A DNA stretch of 64,000 nucleotides, from assembly GCF_020745735.1 (NCBI RefSeq), contig NC_083445.1, positions 29,476,370-29,540,369 of the forward strand, read 5' to 3'. Below, piece by piece: positions 48,650 to 62,050 of this stretch; position 1 is the first letter of the stretch, and each line of letters opens with the position of its first letter. The notes beneath the pieces were generated by a model. That model saw nothing but the letters and a program-made list of their open reading frames with translations. It had not been told where the DNA came from and did not search any database. Source of the stretch: Hemiscyllium ocellatum (lineage: Eukaryota). The position numbers were made by a program, and so were the translations under genes.

Positions 48650-50000
48650 TTTAGTTAACAGAACGGTTCACTGATGGGTCGTAAAACTCACAGATGTGGA
48701 AAATTGGATAAAACACTTTCCACACACGGAGCAGGTGAATGGCCTGTCCTGAGAGTGAACTCGCAGGTGTGTCTCACGGGTAGATGTCATGACGAATCCA
48801 TTCTCACGCACAGAACATCTGTTGGCCTCTCCTGATGGTGAACACATTGGTGTGTCAGCAGGTCACTTGCGGTTTTAGAATCCTTCTCATATTCAGAGCA
48901 TTTGAAAGGTCTTGCATCAGAGAGAACAAGTTGCAGTGGTTGGATGATCGAGTGAAGTTTCTCCCAAACAATNNNNNNNNNNNNNNNNNNNNNNNNNNNN
49001 NNNNNNNNNNNNNNNNNNNNNNNNNNNNNNNNNNNNNNNNNNNNNNNNNNNNNNNNNNNNNNNNNNNNNNNNGAACAGGTGAATGACCTCTCCTCGTGTG
49101 ACCTCGCTGCTCACTCACGAGGTCACTCCTGTTTTTTTTCACCATTCTCACATCCAGAAAACCTCAAAGGGCTTTTATCAGACTGACCATATCGGTGGGC
49201 AGTAAGATATCATAACCGTGTGAATCCCTTCCCATAGACAGTGCAGGTGAACGGCCATTCCCCAGTGTGAGTGTGTTCATGTTCAATGAGACGAACTGAC
49301 TGTTGAACAGTCTGAAGTGTTTGCCAGGCTGGGTCTTGACCAGATCCACAAAGATTTTAAGACTGTCCTCTGGTGTTTCCGCAGATTAGGTGACTGAGTG
49401 AATCTTTTCCCACACACAGAGCAGGTGAACGGTCTTTCCCCAGTGTGGCTGCTGGATGGATAACTGAAACCCTTCCGACATGCTCCACATTTCCAATGTT
49501 TCTCCATGTTGGCGTATCCTTATCTCCATCCAGGTTGAACATCAGTTGAAATCTTAAGCATACACAGAACATGGGTGCATTATTTTTCCATATTCTGAAT
49601 TTGAAAATATTTTATTTTCTATTGACTCTGTCACTGCTTAAATCTCTTTCCACAATCAGATCACTGCAACACTTTCACTCGTTCCGCATAACTGTTTGAT
49701 GTTCTATCCACAGCCAATTCTCTGCAGCACTCTCAATCACACTGTGCAACTATTTAAAGCTATTGCCACAGTCCGTTCAATGGAACTCTATGACTCGTGT
49801 GTGACCACGTCTCTGTGTCTTTCCAGAAGTACTGACGTTTCATTCCGCACCACTCCCTCCCGCATGCCCACTAAAGCAGAACAAATAATCATTTCTCCTT
49901 CCACATTCAAAGGCTGATGATATTCGTTTCTTCAGAAATTGAATGCCTCTGTCAGATCTCATAATGTCTGATTTAAGTTTCCCATCTGCAAAACATCTAC
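48650..50000 (-). pseudogene. Decayed C2H2 zinc-finger gene exon
   Basis: Acceptor TTCCTTTTCCAG at about 50001; [41 protein letters not shown]; further fingers are frameshifted or contain stops; spans the 100-N gap. Confidence 0.8.
48973..49072. other. Assembly gap (N run)
   Basis: 100 N. Confidence 1.
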
Positions 50001-51437
50001 CTGGAAAAGGAAGTTCAGAAAGTTGTCACTGATAGTACAGGACAGATATTCAGAGCAAATTTGTTTATTTTCCTTGAACATTCAAACGTTGCTGGATTCC
50101 TCAAACACACTGCTAATTCCAATAAGAAAGACTGAGAATCAACAAGAAAAGTAAAGGGAACATTCCCAGTTAAAGCAGAAAATTGTTCCTCATGTTTATA
50201 TGATACTTTGCCGCTTTAAGTCCTCAGTGTTGCTAATTGGATTAAGTGTAAAGGTGTACATTGTTTGTTCCCTCTCCAAAGCCATATCAGCATAGATTAG
50301 GGTACAGAAGAGAGCTAGGCCAGGAGTGAATTGAAGAAAAGGACATATCATGGAACGTCTAGTAGCCAGAACGATCAGTGCACGTTTAAAAAGTCTGTGA
50401 CACTAACTTCCTGTTTCAAGACATAAACATAAACATAAACACGTAGGGAAATTGGAGAATAATAAGAATCGAACAGTGGCTGGATGACCAGACATTTATG
50501 AAAGCATCCTCACAAATGGTCACCAGAACTGATGCATTAATTTTTTTTTCTCTCTCTATGAATGCCGTAAGACCTTCCAAAATTCTCCAGCATTTTGTAG
50601 CTTTTGTTTAGGAGATCTCCAAAAGCCACAGTTCTTTGTTTTGCTTTAGAACAGTCATTACTGTCAGTTGGAGTATGGAACATCAAAAGGGTCAGATATC
50701 TGCTCTGACTCATCAATAAGACGTGTAGCTCAATGGACGAGTTGGCTCCATTCTGAACAATGAACAGCAGAGATGGAGTCCACGCATGCATCCTACTGCT
50801 CCATATGCCAAATGCAAACGTTTCCCAGGGCCTGTCACTAAAAGGAAGCCAAGAGCCTTTATATTGTGCAGTGCAAACGGGACATAGGGAGGTTCATATT
50901 TGAAATTTTTGTTTGACACAAGATGACGATCAAGATCTCCACATCCACACAGACGATCCATAATTTCATCTGCCCCTCCGCATCCCACCATGAGGGCACC
51001 TGAGAGAAAAAAAAATCCTCTGTGCATCACCGTAACCCCTCAGCACATGGTCCCTGTGGTGATCGAGACTGCATTTGCTACTACTTTCCTGTTCTGTGGA
51101 CAGTGGACGTAGCCAATCATGGCGGACGATCGGTAATCAGTCCCCCACGTATACCTTTGTTGCTGGCTTTGACTGAAGATTTGGAGAGAAGTTCGAATAT
51201 AAAGATTATGCAAAACACTTATACTTCTAACCAACTGCATGGGCCATCCACTTTCCGCAAGATGGAGAATCAGAACTATTGTAGAAATAAGCATTTCCAA
51301 CCGAACAGAATTTAAAGTCTGGAACCTTTGATGACATTACTGTGCCCCCGTTCTTGGCACAAATGAGGGAACCTCTGCAAACACACAGAAAAAGTTCCTT
51401 AAAAAACTCTCCACTGGGAATGTGCACATATTTTACA

Positions 51438-52900
51438 TTGAACGTCGAACAATACAGCGCAGAACAGGCCCTTTGTCCTTGATGTTGGGCCGACCTGTGA
51501 ACTAATCTAAGCCCATCTCTCAACATCATCCCATCATCTTCCATGTACTTATGCAAGGATTGTTGAAGTGCCCCTAATGTGGCTGAATTAACTACATTGA
51601 CAGGCAGGGCATTGCATATCCGTACCACTCCCTGAGTAAAGAACCTGCCTCTAACATCTGTCCCACTTCACTTTGCAGCTATGCCCCCTCGTACAAGCAG
51701 ACGTCATCATCCTAGGAAAAAGACTTGCATTCTTCTTTCCAATGAGAACAGATCCAAGCCACTCACCATTTCCTCATAAGAACTTCCCTCCAGACCAGGC
51801 AACATCCTGGTAAATCTCCTCTGTACCTTTTCCAATGCTTCCGCATCCTTTCAGTGACAGGGTGACCAGAACTGTACACAATACCCCAAGTGAGGCTGCA
51901 CTAGCGTTTTGTACAGTTGCAGTGTGACATCGCGCTCCAGAACTCAATCCTTCTACCAATAAAAACTAGCACTCTGTATGCCTTCTTAACAGCACTATCA
52001 ACTTGGGTGGCAAATTTCAGGGATCAATGTACATGGACACCGCGATCCATCTGCACATCCATACTATCAAGAGTCTTTCCATTGACCCAGTATTCTGCCT
52101 TCATGTTATTCTTCCCAAAGTGAATCACCTCACATGTATCTGCATTGAATTTAATTTGTCACCTTTCAGCCCAGTTCTGCAGTTTATCCAAGTCCCCCTG
52201 CAACCTGCAACATTCTTCCACACTGTCCACTACTCCATCGGCTTTAGTCTCATCTGCAAATTTACTAATCCATCCACTTATGCCTGAATCCAAGTCATTT
52301 ATAAAAACGACAAACAGCAATGATCCCTAAACAGATATTTGTGGCACATCACTAGTAACTGGACTCCAGGCTGAATATTTTTCATCAACCACCATTCGTT
52401 GCCTTCTTACAGAAAGCCAGTTTCTAATCCAAACTGCTAAGTCACCTCCAATCCCATGCCTCTGTATTTTCTCCAGTAGCCTACCATGTGGAACCTTATC
52501 AAAGGCTCTGCTGAAGTCCATGTATACCACGTTAACTGCCCTACCCTCATCCACATGCCTGGTCACCTTCTCAAAAAACTCAATGAGGTTTGCCTTTGAT
52601 GAATCCATGTTGACTATTTCCAATCAAATTGATGCCTGGTAGATGATTATAAATCCCATCTCTTACAATCCTTTCCAAAAGTTTTCCAAGAACAGACGTA
52701 AGGCTCACTTGACTATAATTACTTGGGTCATCTCTACTCCCGTTCTTGAACAAGGGCACAACATTTTGCAACCCTCCAGTCATCTGGTATTAAACTTGTA
52801 GGCAATGACGACTCAAAGATCAAGGCCAAAGGCTCCGGCATCTCCTTCCAAGCTTCCCAGAGAATTCTTGGAAAAATTTCATCCAGCCCAGGGGACTTAT
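51438..52900 (-). mobile_element. CR1/HER1 LINE 3' half
   Basis: DPSNYSQVSLTSVLGKLLERIVRD, VVYMDFSRAFDKVPHGRL, VRICNALP and 3' tail. Confidence 0.9.
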
Positions 52901-53934
52901 CTACTTTCACACCTTCATGTTTACTTCCAAAATGGCTGTGCTTTCAAGGTCGTGTCTGATGGTGTGAAGCTGGGTTTAGCATTCTGGAATTCCTTTGAGT
53001 CAGTGTTGAATTGGCTAGCCAGCAGATCAAGAAGCATATACAGTTCCTTCCCGTTTCAATTTCTTCAAATGTCTGAAAAAATATAGCTGACATGTTCATC
53101 CTTTTTCACAGTTTTGGTGAAAAGGATGATGATTACTTGCAAGGAGTTGTTCTACAGATTTCCTGCTGCTCTTTAAAAGGGAAAGATTATACCTTCATTA
53201 GTTGGAATTAGGAGTTGAAATTTCAACTGCAGATTGCATTTGAAGTATCACTGTCCACCTAACCGCCAACCATTCCAAATTGTAAAAGGCAGTTGATTTC
53301 AGCCCTGTCAGAGTCGTGTGGAAATGTTTGCTTTTTTTGAGGGAGTGGTGCTGAGAAGGGAACACTGAGTTAAAGGCTTGCATTGTCGATAAACAACAGT
53401 TTATGATTCATACCAGAGGTTTAATGGAGCCATTCAAATCTTAAAGTAGCAGCCTAAATTACACAGTAGTTATGTTGATATTTCCGACGGACAGTCTGTG
53501 TGTGACAGCTTATCACACAATAGTTTAACATTCCAGTCCCATCAGGACACGCGTGACCTGAAGTTTTTCCAGTTAACCTTCATTTCAGAAGACATTTCTG
53601 GAACGTTACCATTTTGTCCAGTCATATGATTCCAAGAGACCTGCGTGTTTTGAAATGACATCACACAGCCCTTCAATCACACAACATACATCTGTGCATT
53701 AAAGTTATTATTTTATTAAAGAACTGTTTTTGAAAGTATGAACACAGTGACAGCAAATGCTCCACCACTGACTCCCAGAAAACTCTGCGACTGACGTTCT
53801 TCCATCTGTAAAACTTTAATGCTTCACTACTAACGGTTCCCTGTCACTCAGCTAATTCTGTCTCCATGTTGCTGTTGGCTCCCTTATTATCAGGGTTTCT
53901 GACTTTGCTCAGTTGTCTGTTGTGTAACACTGTC

Positions 53935-54720
53935 TCAAATGCATTTTAGAACATGGAACAGTACAGATCCTTCGGATCACAATGTTGTGTCGAGCATTTA
54001 ACTTACTCTAAGATCAAACTGACCTACACTCCCCTCAAATTACTGCCTTCCATGTGCTTGTCCAGCAGTTGCTTAAAAGTCCCTAATGTCTCTGACTCTA
54101 CTACCACCGCTGGGAGTGCATTACACATACCCACTATCTCGCTGTTTAATGAACCTACCTCTGATATCTCCCCAATACTTTCCTCCAAGCCACTTTAAAC
54201 TTAAGACCTCTCGTGATAGCCATTTATGCCCTGCGGAAAATCTCTCTGGAAATCTATCTGTACCTCTCTAATTCTCTGTCTGTGCCTTTCATTACCTTGT
54301 AAAACTCTATCAAATCGCCTCTCTTCCTTCTTCGCTCCAGTGTGAAATGCCCTCCTTCACTCCACCTCTCTTCAGAATACAAGCCCTCCAATCCAGATAA
54401 TATCCTGTTAAAACTCTCCTGCACTCTCTCCAAAGCATCTACATCTTTCCTATGATAAGATGACCAGAACTGAACACAATATTCCAAGTATGACCCAACA
54501 CAGGGTTTTATAGAGCTGCAGCAAAACCTCGTGGCTCTGAAACTCAATCCTCCAGTTAATGAAAGCCAAAGCACCATACGGCTCCTTAATAACCCGATTA
54601 ACTTGGGTGGCTACTTTGAAGGTTGTATGCACATGGCCGCCAAAATCCCACTTCATTTAAAATTGCCAAGAATCCTGGCTTTAACCCTGTATTCAGCATT
54701 CAAATCCAACTTTTCCAAAT
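53935..54720 (-). mobile_element. CR1 LINE 3' fragment
   Basis: [37 protein letters not shown]. Confidence 0.9.
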
Positions 54721-54923
54721 GAATCACTTCACTATGATGACGTCCAGGGGTCTGAGTAGTAGCTCACAAACCCACCAACACACTGAAACAGCAGCTAATG
54801 AACTTGAAAGGCCCTGTACAGACAACAAGCAAAACTGATGTCATTTAGATCTTTAAATAAAATGTATTGAGGCAACTTGTCTGATTTGGTTACTTGTGGT
54901 TGGTTAAATTACAAGTGAGAGAA

Positions 54924-56760
54924 ATGGCTCTTAAAATTGCTAAAGTGTTTCTGGAGTTTGAAGGTGATTCCCAAAGGTGCCAAGAATATTTAATACGAAA
55001 GAAAAAGACCTTACTTTTCCAATGAGGAAACAGGTTGGATTTAGGTTTAACAAAGGACGAAAGTAAAGCTGAAATTGTAAAGGAGTTACTCAAACACTGA
55101 GGTGTGTCAGAGTGCAGTAGAGTTAGAACAAACTAAATTACAATTGATGAAAACGGGGTTAAAAGATAACCAAAAAGAGAGGAAAAAAGAAAGGGAGAGA
55201 GAAAAAGAGACAGAAGAGAAAGAAAGAAACAAAGAGGACGATCTCCTTTGGGCACAGAGATAGACAGAAGAAAGAGAAAGAAAGAGAGAGAGAGAGAGAG
55301 AGAGAAAAGGGAGGGAAAAGAGAGAAAAAAAGGAGAAAATGAGTGAGAATTTGAACATCAGAAGTTGCGACTTAGTCAGGAAAGTCAAGGCAACAGGATG
55401 GAAATGAAGAGAGGAGGCAGTGATATATACAAGTATGCTAAAACATTGCCACATATTTTTGATGAGAAAGATGTCAAAGCGTTCTTTATTTCATTTGAAA
55501 AATTGATGAGGCAGATGAAGTGGTCAAAGGAATTGGGGGTAAAGCGAGTTCAGACTAAACTGGTATGCAGAACAGGCAAGTTATTTGCAGTGCTGTCAGA
55601 TGAGAGGTCAAGAGATGATGTAAAGGTTAAACAGGCTATTTTAAGTGCTTATGAATTGGTGCTGGAAGCATCTTGATAGCAGTTCAGAAACACAAAGATG
55701 GAACCAGGTCAGACTTATGTTGAGTTTAAAAGAAATAAACATAATAATTTTGATAGATGGGTGCGGGCCTTCAAAATAGATAACAGCCTTGGCTCTTAGA
55801 GAGATTGTGCTGCTGGAAGATATTAAAAACTCACTTCCAGAGATGATAAGAATTAATGCGGTTGAACAGAAGTTCAGGAAGTGAGAAGAGCAGCAGAGAT
55901 GGCAGATAAATATGCATTATTACATTAGGCAAAGTTGAGCTTCTGGCAACAATTTCATCCTATGAGGGATAGAAAATGGGAAAAGGGGAAATCCTACACT
56001 ACGAAGCAAAGAGTAGAGAACATTGTTCATTGTTTACCACAAGTTAAAAAAGGAAGTGAAAGAGGTGAAAGGCTTCAAGTGTTTCAACTGTGGTAAAGTG
56101 GGACAAGTAAAGTCACAGTGCTAGAAAGGCACTGTGGGAAAAGATGTGGCAAAAGAAGCTAAGCCAGTGGCATTAGTGAAAAGTAGTAATGGAGGCATGG
56201 AGAAGAGACGAGAAACTGCAGAAGAGCTCACAGCTTAGGCAGGGGCTGAGTATGGACTTCTTGCCTGATCTCAATTAAAAAAAATGCCTCTGTTGGTAAA
56301 CTTACTCTGAAAGTAAGTTACAAGCGGAGAGGGATAAGAAGTTATAACTTTGAGAGCATCTAATCAGTCTCTAATGGTAAAAGAATCCTGTGATGGCACT
56401 CTTTCTGATCTGTTATTCGAGAGAGTGGTAATTTGTGGGAAAAATGGACAGAAATTTATTATTCCCCGATGTAAGATCAGGTTGGAGTTCCAACTCAAGA
56501 CATGCGAAGTAACAATGAGAGTAAATGACAGGGTGTCAGTTCTAGGAATCCACTTTGTTCTTGGGAACAATTTAGCCGGATCCAGGTGGGAATGACACCC
56601 CTTGTTGTACGGAAACCCAAGGAAGACCAAGGAACTGAGGAGATAAAGAAAAATACCCTGGCGTTTTCCCAGACTGTGCAGGAGCAAGGTTCCACTATCA
56701 TAAATCACAGCATGAAGCAAAAACTAAAGAGAAACATGAAGGAGTTGAAGTTCAGATAAT
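54924..56760 (+). mobile_element. Decayed Gmr1-like Gypsy gag(-pro) remnant with SCAN-like region
   Basis: MALKIAKVFL start, FDEKDVKAFFISFEKL..W, KQAILSAYELV.EA...FRN..EPGQTYVEF, decayed knuckle CFNCGKVGQVKSQC (56080-56121), FVLGNNLAG protease end. Confidence 0.8.
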
Positions 56761-56894
56761 TAAAAGGAAGGTTCACCGCCTTGTCATAAGATTAGTCAAG
56801 ATTAGTGCATCCCTCTCTGAGAACCTTCCCTCTTTACTAGGGAGTATTATTGCGGAGAATCCTGAAATGTCTGCTATTGCTATCTGCCTGTCAT

Positions 56895-57206
56895 GGGGTG
56901 GCACGGTGACTCAGTGGTTAGCACTGTTGCCTCACAGCAACTTGACCCCAGGTTCAATTCCAGCCTCGGACAACTGTCTGTGTGGAGTTTGCACATTCTC
57001 CCTGTGGCTGTTTGGGTTTCCTCCGGGTGCTCCGGTTCGCTGCCACAAAGATGTGCAAGTCAGGTGAATTGGCAATGCTAAATTGCCCATAGTGTTAGGT
57101 GCATTAGTCAGAGGGAAATAGGCTTGGGTGGGTTACTCGTCGGAGGGTCGGTGTGGACTGGTTGGGCCGAAGAGCCTGTTTCCACACTGTAGGGAATGTA
57201 AACTAA
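56895..57206 (+). mobile_element. HE1-type V-SINE
   Basis: GGCACGGTGACTCAGTGGTTAGCACTGTTGCCTCACAGC head, V-domain, CCTGTTTCCACACTGTAGGGAAT tail. Confidence 0.9.
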
Positions 57207-57596
57207 AAAGAAAATTCCTACCATCTAGTTCAGATGTGCTCTCTCTGACGTCATTTCATTGCCTTTCCTGTTACTGAAGTTAAAGGGTACGGGGAGAAAG
57301 CAGAAACAAGCCACTGAATTGAATGATCAGACACAAACACTTCTCCGATTGGCTAATTTCTGATGTTTCTTGATTTCTTCGAGATCCTGTCCTCTGCTAA
57401 TAGACTACTACCCAACCCCTTTGTCTTCTGTCGATTTGCCAATCCTCTCTCCATCTCTCCAACAACGGAGACAAGGTAATGAGAGTCCAGCATGCAGTAT
57501 CTTTTCAAACAACTGCCAAAAATCCAAATATAATAAACCTACGGTATTCCTTTTATCCAAATTGTTTCTGTCCTCTACAAACAATAAAATCATTGT

Positions 57597-57899
57597 GGGC
57601 GGCACGGTGGCACAGTGGTTAGCACTGCTGGCTCACAGCGCCTGAGACCCGGGTTCAATTCCCCACTCAGGCGACTGACTGTGTGGAGTTTGCATGTTCT
57701 CCCCGTGTCTGCGTGGGTTTCCTCCGGGTGCTCCTGTTTCTTCCCACAGTCCAAAGATGTGCGGGTCAGGTGAATTGGCCATGCTAAATTGCCTGTAGTG
57801 TTAGGTAAGGGGTAAATGTAGGGGTATGGGTGGGTTGCGCTTCGGCGGTGTCGAAGGGCCTGTTTCCACACTGTAAGTAATCTAATCTAATCTAATCTA
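57597..57899 (+). mobile_element. HE1-type V-SINE
   Basis: Very similar to 4475-4780; (CTAAT)n tail. Confidence 0.92.
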
Positions 57900-60379
57900 G
57901 TGTCAGACATTATCTCCCCTTCCTGAAGCCATGCTGGATCTGTTTGACTAGATTGTGTATTTCTAAAGGTTCTCCAATTAAAAGGAACATTGCCAGTGTT
58001 CCAGAGAACCACATGGCTGCTCTCCCATTAGATAGAGGTGACTGGTGAGGAGTTTAACCTCGGGGTCATCATGCCTTAGGCAAGAGATGAGAACGAAAAA
58101 ATCGAAACGCCTTGGGAACCTCAGCTAGAGCGCGGATGGAACTATGTCCTTTGTATTATACTCTAACATTTTTCTCACAACACAAGTGATTCTAACTGGG
58201 CTATAGCTAGCTGTTTATTGCCCCCTTTCTTGCCTGAATCTGTTGTTGAGTGGATGGGGTCCCACTCAAACAAGCTGCATTGTCCTGGATGGTGTTGAGC
58301 TTCATGAGGCTGCACCAATCCAGGCAAGAGGGGAGGATTCTATCCCGCTCCTGCCTTGTGTCTTCTTGATGGTGGAAAGGTTTGAGGATTCAGGAGTGAG
58401 TTACTCCTCACAGTATTGCCAGCCTCTGATCTGCTCTTGGATTTGGAGTATTTGTTTGACTGGTCGTTCTCTCTCTCCCCTGTTCACCCCTTCCCTGTAT
58501 GAGGACAATGCTCAAAATCCATGGCAGCCTGAAAGAAAAAAACTTTCCTTGTCTGAGTGTTAAATTCACTGATCTATCACTGAATTGAACAACGAGTGCT
58601 ACCCATAAACAAGAGCGTATCATCAGGGTAAAGATCCAAAGGCCTGTGAGAAATAGACCTTCCCACATTGTGGCATGGATCTGTCATTATCAGCATTTTC
58701 ACAGCTCAATACATTATTTTCTCCACACATTTTATATGCAACACTATTTATCTACTGTCTGTATAGATTGTGAGGGATTAGTTACGCGCTTAAGTCTTCT
58801 TGGGATTTAGTTCTAGTTGTATGAATCAGAAACCCTCAGTCCCTCCCAATCCCTGACACATTGACAGTTACAAACCAACACTATTGACCCATTTCTTCCA
58901 GCTTCCCCCACACAATGTGAATGGACAATGTACAGCAAACTGATGGTGCAGCGTAGTGTATGAGTAGGGCACAATAAAGATCTGAATTGCTTCTCAGGAG
59001 ATATGGTATGGAGCATACTCTTCACTCAGTTTCACCTTTGACCTCAACAAATTTGCAATGTGGATAAATCCACGTGCAACAACAAAGGATTGGAAACACA
59101 CCTTGGTAACACTGTGGCCCATGACCAGAGATGGCTTTGTCCTGGAATCCAAGGGTGGAAAATATTATTTTCCGACAGGGTATAATTGTTTCTGATTCGG
59201 TTTGATGAAGCTTCTGGATCCCCTTCCTTCAGGAATAATAGTCGACCAAGATGAGCAGTAGAGGCCGTTCAAAATGAAAACTCAGGGGCAAGCTAGTCCC
59301 ACAGCCTTGTGCGTACAGAAGGAAGCAGAAGGCATTATTTTCCTTGCCATACATGAGTACCACAGTCGGGTTGGAGACCACATCCTTCAGGGACCAGGAG
59401 ATACCGAACACCATACAGAATACTGATCCGAGACTTGGTAAAGCCAATGTCTCCCTTGTGAAGATTCTGGAACATATCTTGAGAGAGAGCGAGTGAGACA
59501 ACCAACCTCTCACCAAAGATTGAGGCTCACAGATACTGCTGATGTGATGGTTCTGTTTAAAGTACTGCAGGGTTACTGGGGATGGATTCCAGCCAGGCAT
59601 CAGACCGAATCTGTGAATCTGTGGAACTGAGCTTCATGGAGTTCCTACACCTTCCTCTCTATGGCTGAGAAAGATTGTTTAAGATATTATATATGTAGGA
59701 AATTGAAGTCCATCCTTGATAGGCCCAGCAAATTGTGGACCTTTAAAATTGATAGCTTGTCCCTTTCACATCGGTATCCATTGTTACTGTGCTTTGTAGG
59801 AGCATCTACCCCCATGGACTGCAGTGAGTTCAAGATGAAGGATCATCATCTTCTCAATGGGAATTGGTGATGGGGATTAAAGCCCAGCTATACCCAACTA
59901 TTCCCAAATGGAATGAATGAATTCCCAAATAATTGGTGTTGACTACAGATCTGTATAATTGGTCGTTTCCCCTTTGATGCAAAATCATCCCAAATAAATC
60001 CATTATTCTTGCTCTATCCTATCCATTCCCTTCCATGTATAGTCCCCATCTCCATTCTGTCAATCCCAAATGGTGTTGTTTGGAAAGGATTGAGCAGATT
60101 ACTGGATCAGTCATTCACCGTAGGCTAAGACTAAACAAATGTCAGCTTTCTCTCATCAATCAACATTGTTCATAATTCCAAGATCATCCTAAAATGTGAA
60201 TACAACCCATGGCATCATAAATGTAAAACACTGCAGATGCTGGAAATCTGAAAAAACAAACAAACAGATTACTGGAGAAACTCTATAACTGTCAAGAGAA
60301 AAACAAAGTTAATATTTTGAGTCTGGCGTGTACTTTGTATGAGTGCACAGATATTGCCAGACCTGCTGAGGATAGAGTA

Positions 60380-60610
60380 AACCATTCCTGACATAGAGTA
60401 TAAGAACAGGAAGGTAATATTGGGGTGGTACAGAGCATTAGTTAGGCCACAGTTGGAGTACTGTGTACAGTTCTGGTCACCTCACTACAGGAAGGATGTG
60501 ATAGCACGGTAAGGGGTACAGAGGGGTTTGTCCAGGGTGTTGCCTGGGATGTGGAAATTGAGCTACACCGAGAGACTAGATAGGCTTGCGTTGTGTTCTT
60601 TATTAGCCTG
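60380..60610 (+). mobile_element. CR1 fragment
   Basis: [21 protein letters not shown]. Confidence 0.85.
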
Positions 60611-60611
60611 A

Positions 60612-61129
60612 TATGGAGGTACTGGTGTTGGACTGGGGTGGACAAAGTCAAAAATCATACAACACCGGGTTATCGTTCAACAGGTTTATTTGAGACCACA
60701 AACACTCACAGTGCTGCTCCTCCTTCAGACAGCTAGTGAGAGAGAATATATTGGACACAGAATTTATAAGGAAAAGAATAAAGGGTGATACAACCCATGT
60801 CACTGTATTGAACCCTCGCAGGTGGCTGATAAACCTTTAATCAGTTAGAATGGAGATACAGGGTTTGATTGAACATGTCAATCTCAGAATTTCCTGCAAG
60901 TAACTGCCCTGAGATATCTTTAGGTGTTATCAGTGTAAAGGAAGTGACATCTCAGGTCAGACAATTCCGATCAGGCGTGAGGTCTCTTCTGAAGTCTGTC
61001 TGTGTCTTAACCTGGAATCAGAGTGTTTATGTTTCCAAAGTTGGAATTTATAAAATGTGACATTAACTGACTGTCACAGATTGTGACTCCTTTTTGAACA
61101 AAGCAAAATGTACCTGCTGATACGATTTG

Positions 61130-61205
<76 letters not shown>

Positions 61206-61396
61206 GCAGAATTAAAGAATTAACAACCATCTAGGTGTGTTCAATATATTCACATCAATTGTGTGACTGTTTGATATTTTCCTTATAAATTCCATGTCTG
61301 AAGTATTCTCTCTCACAAGCTGCCCAAGGATGGAGCAGGGCTCTGAAAGTTTGTGGTTTCAAATAAACCTGTTGGACTATAAACTGGAATCGTGTG
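60612..61396. mobile_element. Inverted Penelope pseudo-LTR pair around a (TG)n(AG)n microsatellite
   Basis: CAACAGGTTTATTTGAGACCACAAAC at the left and GTTTGTGGTTTCAAATAAACCTGTTG at the right; microsatellite at 61130-61202. Confidence 0.7.
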
Positions 61397-61404
61397 CTTC
61401 TGGG

Positions 61405-62050
61405 TGGGTTCTTTGGAGCAGAGAAGACTGAGGGTGGACATGATTGAGGTGTATAAGATAATCAGGGATATGGACAGGGAGAATAGAGATGAAGCAAACA
61501 AGCTGTAGCAGAGAGTATAAGAGCAAGGAGGTATTGCTGGGTTGTACAGAGCATTGGTTAGGCCTCAGCTGGAGTACTGTGTACAGTTCTGGTCACCTCA
61601 CTACAGGAAGGTTGTGATAGCGCTAGAAGCAGTATAGAGGAGACTGTCCAAGGTGTTGCCTGGGATGGAGAAATTGAGACAAGATAGGCATTCAATGTGT
61701 TATTTAAAACAAAGAAGGCTGAGGGGTACATGTTTGAGGTGTTTAAGGTGATCAGTAACATGGATCGGGTGAATTGAAAGCACCTGTTCTCCTTGGTTGA
61801 GGGATTAATTATGAGGGGGAATAGTTTTCGGGGAAAGGACTGAAAATTCAGAGGGAATGTGAGAGAAAATTATTCTCACTCAGTGAGACAGACTACCTTG
61901 GATGGTAGTGGAAGCTGGAAACCTTATAATTATTCGAAAGTATTTGGATGAATACTTCAGATCTCATAAACTTCAAGGGTATGGGACAAGTGCAGGAAAT
62001 TGGAATGAGTGGCTGTTTACTGGGAGTTATGTTGTTCCAGACTCAATGGG
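61405..62050 (+). mobile_element. CR1 LINE 3' fragments
   Basis: RRLRVDMIEVYK and [20 protein letters not shown]. Confidence 0.8.

Noticed and set aside
55107-55454. Hydrophobic Ser/Leu/Phe-rich ORF
   Set aside because: Antisense to an AG-rich low-complexity tract in the Gypsy gag.
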